Shown piece by piece: positions 1 to 12,300 of a DNA stretch of 64,000 nucleotides. Positions within the stretch are counted from its first letter, which is position 1, and the number at the start of each line of letters is the position of its first letter. A program made the translations under genes and the position numbers. The stretch lies in contig CM039001.1 of NCBI GenBank assembly GCA_017499595.2, forward strand, positions 930,001 to 994,000, read 5' to 3'. Below the pieces are notes generated by a model. The model saw nothing but the letters and a program-made list of their open reading frames with translations. It did not search any database and was not told the origin of the DNA. Origin of the DNA: Psilocybe cubensis (lineage: Eukaryota).

Positions 1-280
1 CACCTGCCTTCCTGCAAGTTACTCACCCTCCTCTATCATAAACCCTCATCTGTCACTGCAGCAGGTTTTGAAGTTCATGCGCAAGATATTTCGCTTTACG
101 AGACATTGGTTGAGGGAGTAGGGAGCATCAAAAAAGCGATGAAAATGTTTGCAAAGCGAAACCTAGATAGTAGTACATAGCTTTTTTTGCATCGCATACT
201 CATTTTATGGTTTTGTATTGTACTAGGCAGGTTTTTTTTTATTACAGTGATTCTTAACATTGTTCTGAAGCGTCCCATTT

Positions 281-492
281 GCGACTGAACTCAGCTGAAC
301 GCGCGCAGCGACGAAAAAATCGATTTTTAGGCATGTCCGGACACAAATGGGGCCTCCCGAGGGTTGTTCCCGATTTCCGGACAAATTTTTGAAAAAATTG
401 GTAGGTCGTTCTATATCCGGACAGAAATTTTGAAAATCGCGACGGACAAAAAACCCAGAAATCGACCTTTTTCGGGAACGTCCTCTGGGCCT
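281..492. mobile_element. Probable right end (subterminal repeats and TIR) of a DNA transposon extending beyond the window start
   Basis: Repeated (C)CGGACA and AAATCG motifs at 318-465. The segment ends ...TTCGGGAACGTCCTCTGGGCCT (492), whose reverse complement AGGCCCAGAGGACGTTCCCG resembles the AGGCCCCGGGAAGCTCCCC TIR of the 49866 MITE. The left end and TSD are not visible. Confidence 0.4.
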
Positions 493-3400
493 ATTGCCAG
501 GGGTCCTGGTGACTCGCTAATCGACCGGTGGTTGTAAGCCCTGGCATTAAGACCCGTATGAAAGGATGTTCAAGGCTGTATGTAGCCTCATGGGCCTTGA
601 GCCTTCCGTGCCTGTATGCAAGTTTCAGTGGACAGATAACGCCAAAAAGTGCCCCAAGACGATACAGAAGAAAATATACAGGATAATAAGGTTCAATAAG
701 AGGGGCGGGGAGGGGGCCGAAGCTGCGGCGAGCCCTCTAAGCACCGACCGAAGTTCATTGCAAAACGTTCAAGGTCATCCAGGTCACCAGTTCGAATGTT
801 CTCGATTCTTGAGCATGAGTCAGCACAAGTTAATTGACGCACGGACAGTCGGAGCTGGGGGGCTGTAGTTTCAAGTATAGCAGATAAACAAGCTCATTGA
901 ACTCGGAGCATGTACAAAGCAAAGAAAGCCTATTTGTATTATATTACTTACAGAGTGTTATCAAAGAAGGAAGTCAGTATTCCGAGTGGTTGATGAAAGG
1001 TGTTTAAACTGTATAGCAATTGACTAAAATCATACGGGCCATGCCATGCGCGTAACCAAGTTTTTCTATCCCACAAATCTCCACGTTATATCCCGACCGG
1101 TAAGTAGACACGCTCGTGACGGCATGTCGCGTCAAAGGGCGAACAGAGCCGCCCCTTGCCTCAATTATGGGCTCAAGAGTTGCCTAAGTCCGTCATGATG
1201 CGCCTATATGGGCGTCACCCCATAGTGTACATAACCAGGCCAGTATTTTAGTTTGCCGGTATCGAGGAATATCGAACAGAGTATCGGCAAATTCAACATA
1301 ATTCCATAAAGATAGTCCTGCAATTGAGATCATCATGTTTCTCAATGATTTGCGTTGTTAAGCGTGATGCGAGGGCGAAAAAGTTGGTAGGGTCGCAGTT
1401 TTGTTGATTGGACTACGTTATCTTATTGTTATCTAGAAATATTGAAGTGGCCATGTCGTCCGCGTTCTGAATTTTGCACAAGTTGATCAAGTATCATTCT
1501 TGAGCAGGAAAGTTCCTGTGGCGGTCAATCACTGGACACTCAACAAAGTGTCCACTTCGATGGCGGCATCGAGAGAGGGTTCTAGCGTATTATTGGCCAA
1601 TCTCCCGTTATATGGTCTGATAATGTGTCGCCATATCTGTGTCATGCGAGTTGGGCGGTTGCGAATAGTAAAGTTTTGGACCGATAAATAGATTGCGAGT
1701 CATCTACAAGTAGTACCAGCCTTGACGGTTCCGCTTGAAAGGGTTAGTCGCAACGGAAATACGTCATACCGACAGCATCTGACTGTGCTTGCAGTCGTTC
1801 TGGATATCAGATGTCTCGACTACTGCGCCTACAACTCTCGGAAGGATTCGGTCCCAAGAACGCTGTAAACAAGTATCTCAGGATCAGCCGTCATCCTCGA
1901 ACACAGGGTAACGGATGGATGAATGAATGATCACATAGCATTTCTCCTGTGTTCCCTAGAGACTTGTGTCTTCCCGAGGCTATGACCTTCAGAATTTATG
2001 ATCCGATAAGATAAAATGGGGTACGATAATGAATTCTATATTCTTTTAACCATAGCAAAGATAATCATTGCTGTATCGAAGGCTTTCATTTGGTGGCTCA
2101 ATGCAGTGCGCGTCTGAGCGACACTCAAAATTCATTACCAAGTCCAGCGTCTAATTCTCATCTCGGGCATATGCTTTCCCAAGGTGTTATGGTAGTCATA
2201 GTGTATATGAAAGGCTAGTCAACAAGCATAGTTACACCTATACTTTGACATTGGTTAGAAAACTCACTGACAGGGATACCGAATTAACAAGACTCACCCC
2301 CGAAAAGGCCACCCACGCAGAATCCCAAATAACCAGTGGCGCACCGTACGTGCACGCATGCCGAGAAAAAACCAGCGCGGGGTAGACGACCCACAAGGCT
2401 AAACCCCAACACAATCCCAAAGAAGAAAATGGCAAACCTCGAAATGTGCGACAGAATGGAATCACTTTGAAAAAATCAGCGTTAAATCCGTGAAAAGAAT
2501 GGGAGAAAAACCAGAATGTGAGAAGAGAGCAAATAGACATATACATGGAGTTTGCGATAAGATTGATGGTATGAGGCTCGGATGAGAGAAAAAAAAGGTC
2601 AACAACTCAAGCTTTCTCGTCCGGGAAAAATACGATCCGGTTTCCAGCTGATGATGGATTCGCAAGGGGTGCGCTACCAGATGCTGCGCTACCCCAAAAG
2701 TCTCGTCCAAAAATAATGTCAATGTTTGATTCCGTCCCAATGAATTCGGAAAATCTCGTTCAGGTTCGTATGGCTAGCTCTAAGGGTGGGACTCGTGGAC
2801 CTGACGCAGATTTACATACTTACGCGCAGATAAGATATATTGTTTTGAAACGTGTTGTCGAGTTGATGATGTATCATGGTCTGGGTTCTGCATCTAAATC
2901 AAAAAAAAAGTGCTCAGCTTTGCGTTGGGGTCCAATATAAAATCAGGTTTGAAAGCACTGCTCAATGCTTCTTAATGCCGAAGCACATCACAATCGACTC
3001 TGATGATGAGAGAGAAAAATAATGGAGCGTAGACCCCATGATGATGGATGCTCATTAGGTTAAGGCGATCCATGGTTGGTTTTATCGTTAGCTCCGAAGA
3101 GAGGCAAACTTTGCCTTGAAACTCCATCCTTATCACTTGCTTTACAATAGCCTCGCGGCCATGGAGGACATGTTGCTCCTCTGCGAGAAGCGAATGGCAG
3201 TAAAGAGCGCAACGATTAATTCTAGTTGGAACTAGAAACAGTCGCAATGAGTCGATATCGCTGTCAATTAATAGACGTTCTTTAGAGAACTTATTATCTA
3301 TTTCGACCGATAAAAGTGGCTTAGCAGAAAAGGAATAAGAGAACACGACTCAACAGCTTTGATTTTCCATGTTCGGAGTAGTGATGACAATTTCATGATG

Positions 3401-4697
3401 TATATTGCATAGTCTTCCATAATTGAAGAAGAATCTGTTGGTCGTGCACAAAATGTAAAAGGCTGTACCTGTATACGACGATTGGCTCCAAGAGCGACGC
3501 AGGAACAAAACGATTGAGCCAACTGGGTGCGAAAATCGTTCAGACCGAAGCCAACAGAAGACTGAAATAATTAAGATAAGACATGGTGGAGACCACAAGG
3601 AGACATTCGTATGTGTTTCAGCGTTCCAACGCTAAAAGTATCTTATCCACGAAGAAGGTGATCTCATCCCCTCCTTACCCTCTGGCTGCCCCGTACGACT
3701 GTTTATAGAGTGGTGCATCAATTAGCGTGAGCGTGAGGAATGAGTATGCAGAAAATAGACAAGGACAAGCCAAAACGAGAAGGACTGAGATTGACGCACC
3801 AAGAGGCTTGACCCAAGATCTTAAGAGGCATTTCTGGCAAGTCATTGTCGGTGACGTGATTGAAGTGTGTGAGAACCGGCAAGGGCGTCTATTTTTGCTC
3901 TAAATTCTTGGTTCCTGTGTGCGGGAAGGGCCATGGGAGACTTGAAGACGAGAATACCAGAAAGAAAAAATGGCGCAGGAAAATGTCGAAACGCGACGGG
4001 CATTGGGATAATATAAAATTGGCCGAACTGCCACCAGCTCATTGAGTTGGAAAGAATGTCGGAGTGACATGGAGTAAAATACTCGGATTCGCCAGGCTTC
4101 AAGTTCAAACGCATGGACAAAGAGTACAAGCACAAGGAAAGCCAGAATTAACGATGAATGAATGACAAATGGATAGGTGCCACAGTTGCTTTAAGGCTGT
4201 AGCTGCATTGGCGAAACGCAGAGCGAGCGCTAAATAGAGGTAGCTGAGAAAGAGATGCGAGTATCTTTTGAAAGAAGGATTAGAATTGTTTCAGGGATGT
4301 GGCTTGGTGTATTCAGATAGGACGCAGATAGACTAAGAGCGCCCAGGGAGGGATAGATGGAAGGAGAGTGGCATGGACAGTGGCAGCGACGGGGGCACAG
4401 CCAGAGGCAGCTGGGGTGTTACGGAGGAGCCGCGGTGATTGGTGGACCCAGAAGAACGGGACTGTTTGGGGATGTTTGGGACGGTCGCTGAGGGGAAGAG
4501 GGTGGCTGGGGGCCTGGAGAGTGGCAGAGAGTCGGGGGCCGGGAGAACCCCATATGGAAGGCAGATGGGATCTGATCGAGTGGTGGAGATTTGAGAGGAC
4601 TTCCTTATTAGGAGAGGGAAACCCTGGCGGTTCACATCCTCAGCCATTGAAAACGACAAACGGAAATTGCAGACAGGAAGCACTCCCTTGGCTCACC

Positions 4698-6334
4698 ATG
4701 GACTCTCTCTCCTTCGACGGCTACACAACCTACTCTGACGCCTCCACTCCCCGCACTCCCTCTCCCACCGACATGCACTTTGCCCCTGATTTCAAGCACG
4801 ACATAGACCACCCCGTCCAGAACATCTTCGCACCCACTGACGATGATAATGCAGGCGCTGTTGTTGTCCCACCATCCTCTGGCCCCTATTGGTCTCAGAA
4901 CTCCTCTACAAACACACACCCGTATGCCTTTAACAACACCAGCAACAACAGCTCCCGTGGCTCTCTGCTCCAGGAGCTCTACGAGTCCGACATCCCTGAG
5001 CAGTCCCTGTCTCCCAATTTCAGCCACCAGTCCGACAACTGGTCCCAGCAGCAGCAACAGCAGCAACAACAAAGGCCTTCAGAGTTTTCGATGATGCGTC
5101 GTGCCACTTTTCCCTATGTCCGACGCGACCACGAAGACGCGATGCCGATGCAGTACGTCCAGCAGCAGCAGCAGCAGATGCAGATGATGCACTTGCAGCA
5201 AATGCAGCACGGAAATGGTATGCAATATTCGCGCGGAGAGCATCTTTACAATGAACCCCACCACATGGACTCGGCCCACGATTTCATCCCATCCATGTCC
5301 AATTCTCCCCACTCCTCATACCGCGACTTTGACGATGGCGCAAACATCAAGCTCGAAGAGGGTGCGCCCCTTATGGTCCCCTCCCAGACCTCTTTCTACC
5401 GTCCCAATTCTTCTGGCGGTGTTTGTGGCTCCATGTCGCTGTCCTATCTTTCTCCCCATACAGGTCTTCCCGTCCAACACACTGACGATGCCGCTTCAAA
5501 AGAAACCCAGTATCTCCGTCGTCGATGCTTCAACTGCCACACAACCGAGCCCCCTTCATGGCGAAGGAGTACCCTTAACCCGGGCAAGATTGTATGCAAC
5601 AAGTGTGGTCTCTACGAGCGAACCCATCTGCGACCTAGACCTCTCCGTTTCGACGAGCTCCGAGCCGGTAACAAGGCACGCAAGCAAAGCAAAGCCACCA
5701 CTGGACCTAATCCAAGTGTCAGCCCAAAGCAGTCCAAGATGGTGAAGAAGGAACCCCGCGAGTATGGCACCGGTGCTCTTCTGAGGCGCAGTTCTGTATC
5801 CTCGTCAAGTTCTGTTCATTCTGGCAGCGGCGCAAGCGACTGGGATGATAATGGTGCGTTTTCGCGACATTGAATGCGTGGCGAACCGTGTTCTGATCTT
5901 GGGTTTCCTTCATAGTGTCCATTTACTCTTCTGGGTCAGCGCCCCCGACATCTTTCAACTCTCCTATCCAGCAAAGCTACCCATTGTCACGAAGCGACTC
6001 ACAGTCGCCTCCCCGCGACGGTGGAATCCGCCTCCCCAACAACCCTCTCTCTGACATCGCGTCGATGAACGTGTCTCATGGCCCACAAAGCCAGCTCCCA
6101 ACCCCCCGAAAATCACATACCTCACCTGGAGCATACTTTGCACCATCGCCGGCTCTCTCGCAAACCCAGGCACTGCCCGGAAGTCGAAGCGGCAGCGTGC
6201 ACGGCAGTCCTGCTGTTGGCCACTCACAGCTGCAGCTGCAAACACAACCTGACTTCTTTGGACCATCGGAGAACGCGTCGGCTGTGTCGAGTCCGGGACC
6301 AGTTGCCGCTGCAGTTCCTGCTCTATCGTCATGA
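4698..6334 (+). CDS. GATA-type zinc-finger transcription factor with polyQ tracts
   Basis: Finger CFNCHTTEPPSWRRSTLNPGKIVCNKCGLY (C-x2-C-x19-C-x2-C) followed by a basic tail. ATG in CACCATGG context at 4698. One intron, 5854-5915 (GTGCGT...CATAG), joins to the 5915..6334 frame. CAG/CAA runs near 5047 and 5160. Confidence 0.9.
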
Positions 6335-9300
6335 GTCACTAGAGGCGGAGGCGGTGATGGTTGACTGAGAAGAAGAGCGACGGGTGATCAGTGTCTTGCA
6401 TTTTGGGCATTCATCACGCATTAGGTCAGCGATGAAGCTCGTCCATCCTCTGCCACCGTCAAGTTGGTCGTCGTCGTCTTATTTATTACTACACTTGCCC
6501 CTGCCCTCCTCAAAAATCTGTCGATGACTCTTCACCATCGCCGGGGCCGCCACCTTTTTTATCTATCTATTTATTCGCGTCAATACCCAAACCCTTGTAC
6601 ACAAGCACTGAACACGATTTTGTATCATCCATCTTCCTGTTTGTTGTCTTTTTCTTGTCCTTTCAACGACCCTGGCAGCCAGACTGTATTCCGAATTGAA
6701 CTGTATTTATTCGGTCCATCTTACTCCAGCCTCGACTATCTTGCGACGGACTGTTCTTTCTTTCGCCTTTGTCTTTTTCTGGCTGTCATTTTTTGCTTTC
6801 ATCTCCTCTTTCGATGCGCATTTGGGCCCGCATTCCTCTGTTGTACTATTAAAACAAAAATACCACATAGATACCTGCCGTCATCTCCTAGTCAGTAGTA
6901 CTACCCCTTCATTTATGTACAAGCTTAAGCAATCCGGCATACATATATACCTACACCCCATGCAAACATGCGATTCCCTTGCCCATTCACTTTCGTTCTT
7001 ATCTATTCACTATTTCTATTCGCTTTACACATCTTGCAATTCAACGGATCATATTCTCCTCCTGTGCTAAGTACTACATAGCCAACAACTATCGCCATAC
7101 TTGGGGCTAGAATCGCCCACCACTGCAAGCTGTCACAGCCTCGGCTGGGTGTATGTTGCCCGCCGCACCATCCATATAGTTCCACCACGTATGAAAAAAG
7201 CGAATGGGCCGGTAGTATGTTTTTTGCCTTTTGCTCCGCTGTCTACTTTCTTTTAATTAGTCATGGCCGCTATAAGTACCCACATGGTCGAAATTGAATA
7301 GAGTAGGGGGCCTCGACAGCATCCTGTGGAGAGAAATTTTAACTTGGTCCCTCATTCTTTACTTCCAAAGATACATTTCCACCGAAGATTGCCCCAAACG
7401 CTTGTGTGTGTGTGTATCCGTGCGTGTGCAAAACGTCGTCAGCATTTACTTAAGCCTAAAAAAGAGGCCACCTTCTCGTCCCAGAAGAATGTAAAAAAGC
7501 GCGATTCAAAATACAACTGTTCATTCAACCATCCATTCCAAAGCATTCGTTTGTTGAGTTGTATACTGTACCACCGAACCTTCGCCGACGTATTGTTCTA
7601 TTTTCATGTTCCTTCAGGGAGGGAAAGCACAGGGTTGCGGTCCCTTTCGACGGGTTTCCCTTGAACTTATTACGTATATTTCCTTATCTGCATTCTCCCC
7701 CTGTTCTACAGAAGAATACTTGCACGCAAGAAAACTGCCCCTTGACCCTTACTTAGCAGGCCGCGCTTAATCGCACAGTTGAAAAGGCGACTTTACTAAG
7801 CGGTACGCGTCAGGGTTTGTTTGAAACTGTGCCCTCCCTCCAAAGCAAGTGGGGAACATGAACGCACTACGCCATACACACACACCGCCAACTTCATGGA
7901 GTATCTTTTTACCACTGGAATGCACCGGGAAACGTGGAGCTCCACCGACCACACAACTATACACGTCTTCGTTCCATCCATTTCCGTACCTCGATAGCAT
8001 TCTCCCTTGACAAACAAACAGGCCCGACCAAGGTTATCTTGTCGAAGCCCGCATGCTTGTATGGCCGGTCCGGGATGCCGACCCAGAGTCTATTGACGCA
8101 TCCTGGCTCGCTAGCTAGGACGCCTGAAGGATTGTCAAAGAGCATTCAAGTGCTCCCCCAGACCAACATGAAAGCAACGCACCACTTCCCCAGGCCGAAT
8201 GAGAGATAAATATGGAAGAAAGAGAGAAAAAAATCAACGCTGTGACGCTCATCCATTACAATTACTAACGCGGTCTCCGAGCGGTTTCTTGGGCTTTTCT
8301 GGTATGCAGGCTCGACGCTGCAGATTAACCGCTGCTACGTAGACCACCCAGGCCCCATCCGTGAATGGAAACCATACTGGTGAGATCGAGAACGGATCGA
8401 AATGAGATTGACGGATCCAACTTGAATACTTTCTGGAAGGGGAAAGGAGGGGGGAAGCAGGCGCGAAGAGAGTGAAGCGGCAGCAAATTTTATCGATACG
8501 CGCACGCCATTTCGGTTGAGCGCATGCCGATGGTGATGCGTGCCCGGTGGCAGAATTGGTCCCGCCACCGCTTACTTTCCTCCACACCCCTCTTTTGTGC
8601 CATACAAATCTCACGAAGAACCAAAAAAGTAGACGCCCTCAAGACCGCCCACCGCCCACAGTCACTCCGGCGCGCCTGCAGTCGTCTTCTTACCCTTTCG
8701 CCGTCTTAAGTATGGATAATCTCCTACCGTCTTATGGGCCGTTCGGATCGCACGGCAATGACGAGCTCATTTATAATACCTTTATCTGTTCTCCCTTATG
8801 AAAACGCCTCTCACTTGGCAGCTTCGTCGGTGGGCTAAATGGATTGTAGGCTCCCCAATATGTAACACACAAACGAAAACACGCCATTTGGTCACTTGCG
8901 CCGAAAAATTCAGGTGAAATAGGCCTCGGCAACGCTCACACTCGTCCACACGGTGTAAAGAGCTTAAATTCAGACATGGACATGAGCATTTATATAAAAA
9001 GTTGACCAAAATAGAAATGCTCTAGCCTTTTCACTTTACATAAAGCCCATGGGGCAGGTAGTCCCTGAGAGCGTCGAATCCAGCTGATAATAGGCCCTGA
9101 ACTCATATGTAGCGCTAAGAGTACGACGGGACAACAGACTCCGCACGGGAAAGTTGGGTTAGGTTAGGTAGGTGTTGTCATACTGCTGACAAACTCATTA
9201 TCGCTCTAAACCACTCCTAATTTGGAAGCTTGAAGCCCCTGTCTGAAGAGTTTATACACATTATCTAGAGTCCACACTAGTCTAAGTGCAAAAGAGACAT

Positions 9301-12300
9301 TCGAGAAGGACTGGGAGGGAGCAAATTAAATCCATAATTTGTATTTACACTAGCTTGTGCCGATAAAAGCGCGTCCTGCTAATGGAACTTCCAAGCGATG
9401 AGAACAGAAATTAGAACGCGTTTATGTCATTTAGAATAACCACGAGAGGGTTGACGGTATACACGACAAACTCGTAATTTGGCGCGCGCGGCGCTGCCGC
9501 GTCAACGAGGCGCGTCGATGCATTGACCCCTATCTATATTCGCCCAGCACTTTTGCTTCCCGGACGCAGATAAGTTGCCCAAGTTACCTTATCTGCTCCT
9601 CAAAGACCTAGACTTAAAGTATACACTCACGTCACTGTAGACTTTGCCCATGAAACTCTGCAGATAAATTGGAAAGCAAGTGTTCACATGAGAAGTTCAG
9701 GCTATTTATATACACACTTCGTGAACCTAGTACGTAACTGGAATAGAGTCTGCGCCTGCGGCACGCGTGGAGAAACCTGACAAAAATTTTCCTGCTTCAG
9801 CACACGTACATGTGCGGAGCGAGGCTGAGAAATGTAAAACGAACAGATTGCAATGCAATGCGACATCCAGGGAAGTTCGTGATGACCAGGGGAACATTGC
9901 CTGTAAGCCTTCTTCACTTCTGCAGTGGAACTGCAAGTCCAGTGCACTGCACGCTGCAGTGTAAATCAAGCAACACGCCATAGAGATATGTTTGAAATCG
10001 AATGCACCTCAAAGTCGAGATTTAGTTTTCTTTCGGCAATGCAATACTATTATACCAAGTTCATTTCTACAATTTGGCGATCTTTTGTTTTAGATAATAA
10101 TTTCGTTGCCGAATGACAGGGTGAATAAAAAACTAACATGAACGTCAGAGGCTTTATCCAGCCGACGTTCACTTAACTTTATCACGGCGTACCTCTAATT
10201 CGATTGTGTAAGGTAAAGCACACCACGCTAGGCTCGGAATCCTTTAATTTACGTATTCGCAGTCACCCACCAGTGAGGCAATTGGCTATATTATTTATAA
10301 AGTCACAGTGGCGACGTCTAGTAGTTTGTGTAATCGCCGGGGCGGATCCGGATCCTATGCGCTCGGAACCTTCATATGCAGATCTTCATTGACAGTGGAC
10401 ACCCACAATTCGTGTTCCATGGATATTCGGACTTGATGATTGTTTGAAATTATCGTTCGCGATTCAAGGAAGTCATTGGTACTAAGATCGAATCCCATTT
10501 CCCGTGCTACTCACTCGATGCAAACCTGAATGTCATTGAACGCCACAGCTAGACATGACGCTCACACGCGTTCATCCGGAACCCGTTAAACCACGCTGAA
10601 TATCGGCGTCGCCAGTGCGAGACTTAGGACGCGAGTACATGAGAATTAGGTTCCTCGTCATTTTCAAAATACTACGGTGGCGTTGTGTTTGAAAAGACGT
10701 CCATGGGAGTATTCAATTCCGACTCGCGTTGCCACCATCCCCTCCGACTAACGTCCTTCATCCCAAGTGAGCAGTTAGCCTTTTTAAATGCTAGCCATTG
10801 AAGCACAATGCAGGTGGCGTGTAGGAATAAAAATATAGACCGACTTACTCGCGTCCGAAGCAATAACCAAGATCTACCACAGGGCCAAAGCCAACAGAGC
10901 CCTATTCAGGCAAATACTGTGGGTACAAAAGTACAAATATTGTGTACTGATCCCAGCCACAGGGGTTTTGACAGTCACATCGGCTTCTCTCCATGGAAGA
11001 TAGCATCTCAGGTTACGCCGGGCAGTTGGGAGTCGTTTTGTGGGTCTCTAAGAGAATGGAACTTGAAAAAAAAGAACTGACTAGCTCAATATACATAAGC
11101 ACCTTGTGTTCACCCAATTGAATCTCATGGCGTTTTTAAATTTGAAGTGTGTATTGTGGATAATATAACGACGAGACGAGTCTTCATAACCGTGTATCTC
11201 GGGGATCTATCAAGACGAGCCTTCGCCTTCTGAGATCTCAATACGACGCTCTCTTTCATAGTTCCTTTCTTCCCTCCTTGCTTCGGCAATATAAATAGAC
11301 AGTTGCTTTAAATCAATGACACCTTCCACGGTCGTTCGTTACGTGGATTGCGTTCTTTGCAAATATCTAGAAGCCAGATTCACCACGTACGGGGAGACGG
11401 CCTACTATCTAGCGGAAAACGAATTTGCGATTGTGAAGGCTTGACTCTTCCCTTTGAGATAGTTGTTTTCGCATGTTACTTTGAGCCACAACGCTGTAGT
11501 ACGCGTGGTGACATCCATTTACAAGGTGGACCTTTCACTGGGACGCTGTAAAATGACCAAGTTGTTTGCCTTTGATTGTTGTCAACATGCAAGAAATGGC
11601 GCACCTGCTAGTTCGTTGGCGTCTTAAAGGAATCAGACAGCGCACTTTTTTACTCTTCTATTGTCTTAGCCAGTGTCCATTCAGCAGGCTGTTTGATGGA
11701 CCAACAATCAGACGATTTCAGCGTGAAATACTTGACACGGGATCTTTCCTTGCGAGGTATTTCGCCGTCCTAGTCGAGTCCTCCCAAGCATACACACCGG
11801 CCTTTGGTAAGCACCATACATTTATCAGCGTTCCTTCTGAGTGCCAGACCCCCGGCGCGTCGGTTGCAACCTGCCTCTCTGTCGAATTAAATTGGTGTTT
11901 CAGTGTAGACATACTTCATGCAGCGAATTTTGAGAACGTCTGTCGAACCAACGTCCCATGTTGTCCAAACCTCTGCATTCGTGGGATGTGAGTATCTACT
12001 CGCGAGCGGGGTGCGCATGGTGGTGATGCCTTTGTCCACTTTACGGGTGCTGTTCTGCTGTTCCTGTCAAGTTGTAATACCAGTATTTCTTCGGTCACGG
12101 AATCATAAGTTCCGAATCCCGTTGGAACCCGTATTCCGGTCTTTATTTGACGTGCGATGTACTTCAAGTCAGACAAATCGACTAACTTGTGTTCCTAACG
12201 CCTTATGTCGTCCCAAGAAGTCATCACAGTATTTTGGCAGGTTTGACTCACGAATCAACTGGGTACGCTTGTGAGGTTATCAATAGCCATCCAACATTAC

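Noticed and set aside
566-4330. Short ORFs upstream of the GATA gene
   Set aside because: No recognisable motifs or consistent exon chain.
4368-4697. 110-aa N-terminal extension of the GATA ORF
   Set aside because: Non-ATG start and G/W/R-rich composition from purine-rich DNA. The ATG at 4698 has good context.
11718-12176. Two same-frame minus ORFs separated by one stop (possible pseudogene)
   Set aside because: No recognisable protein family, so this may be chance.
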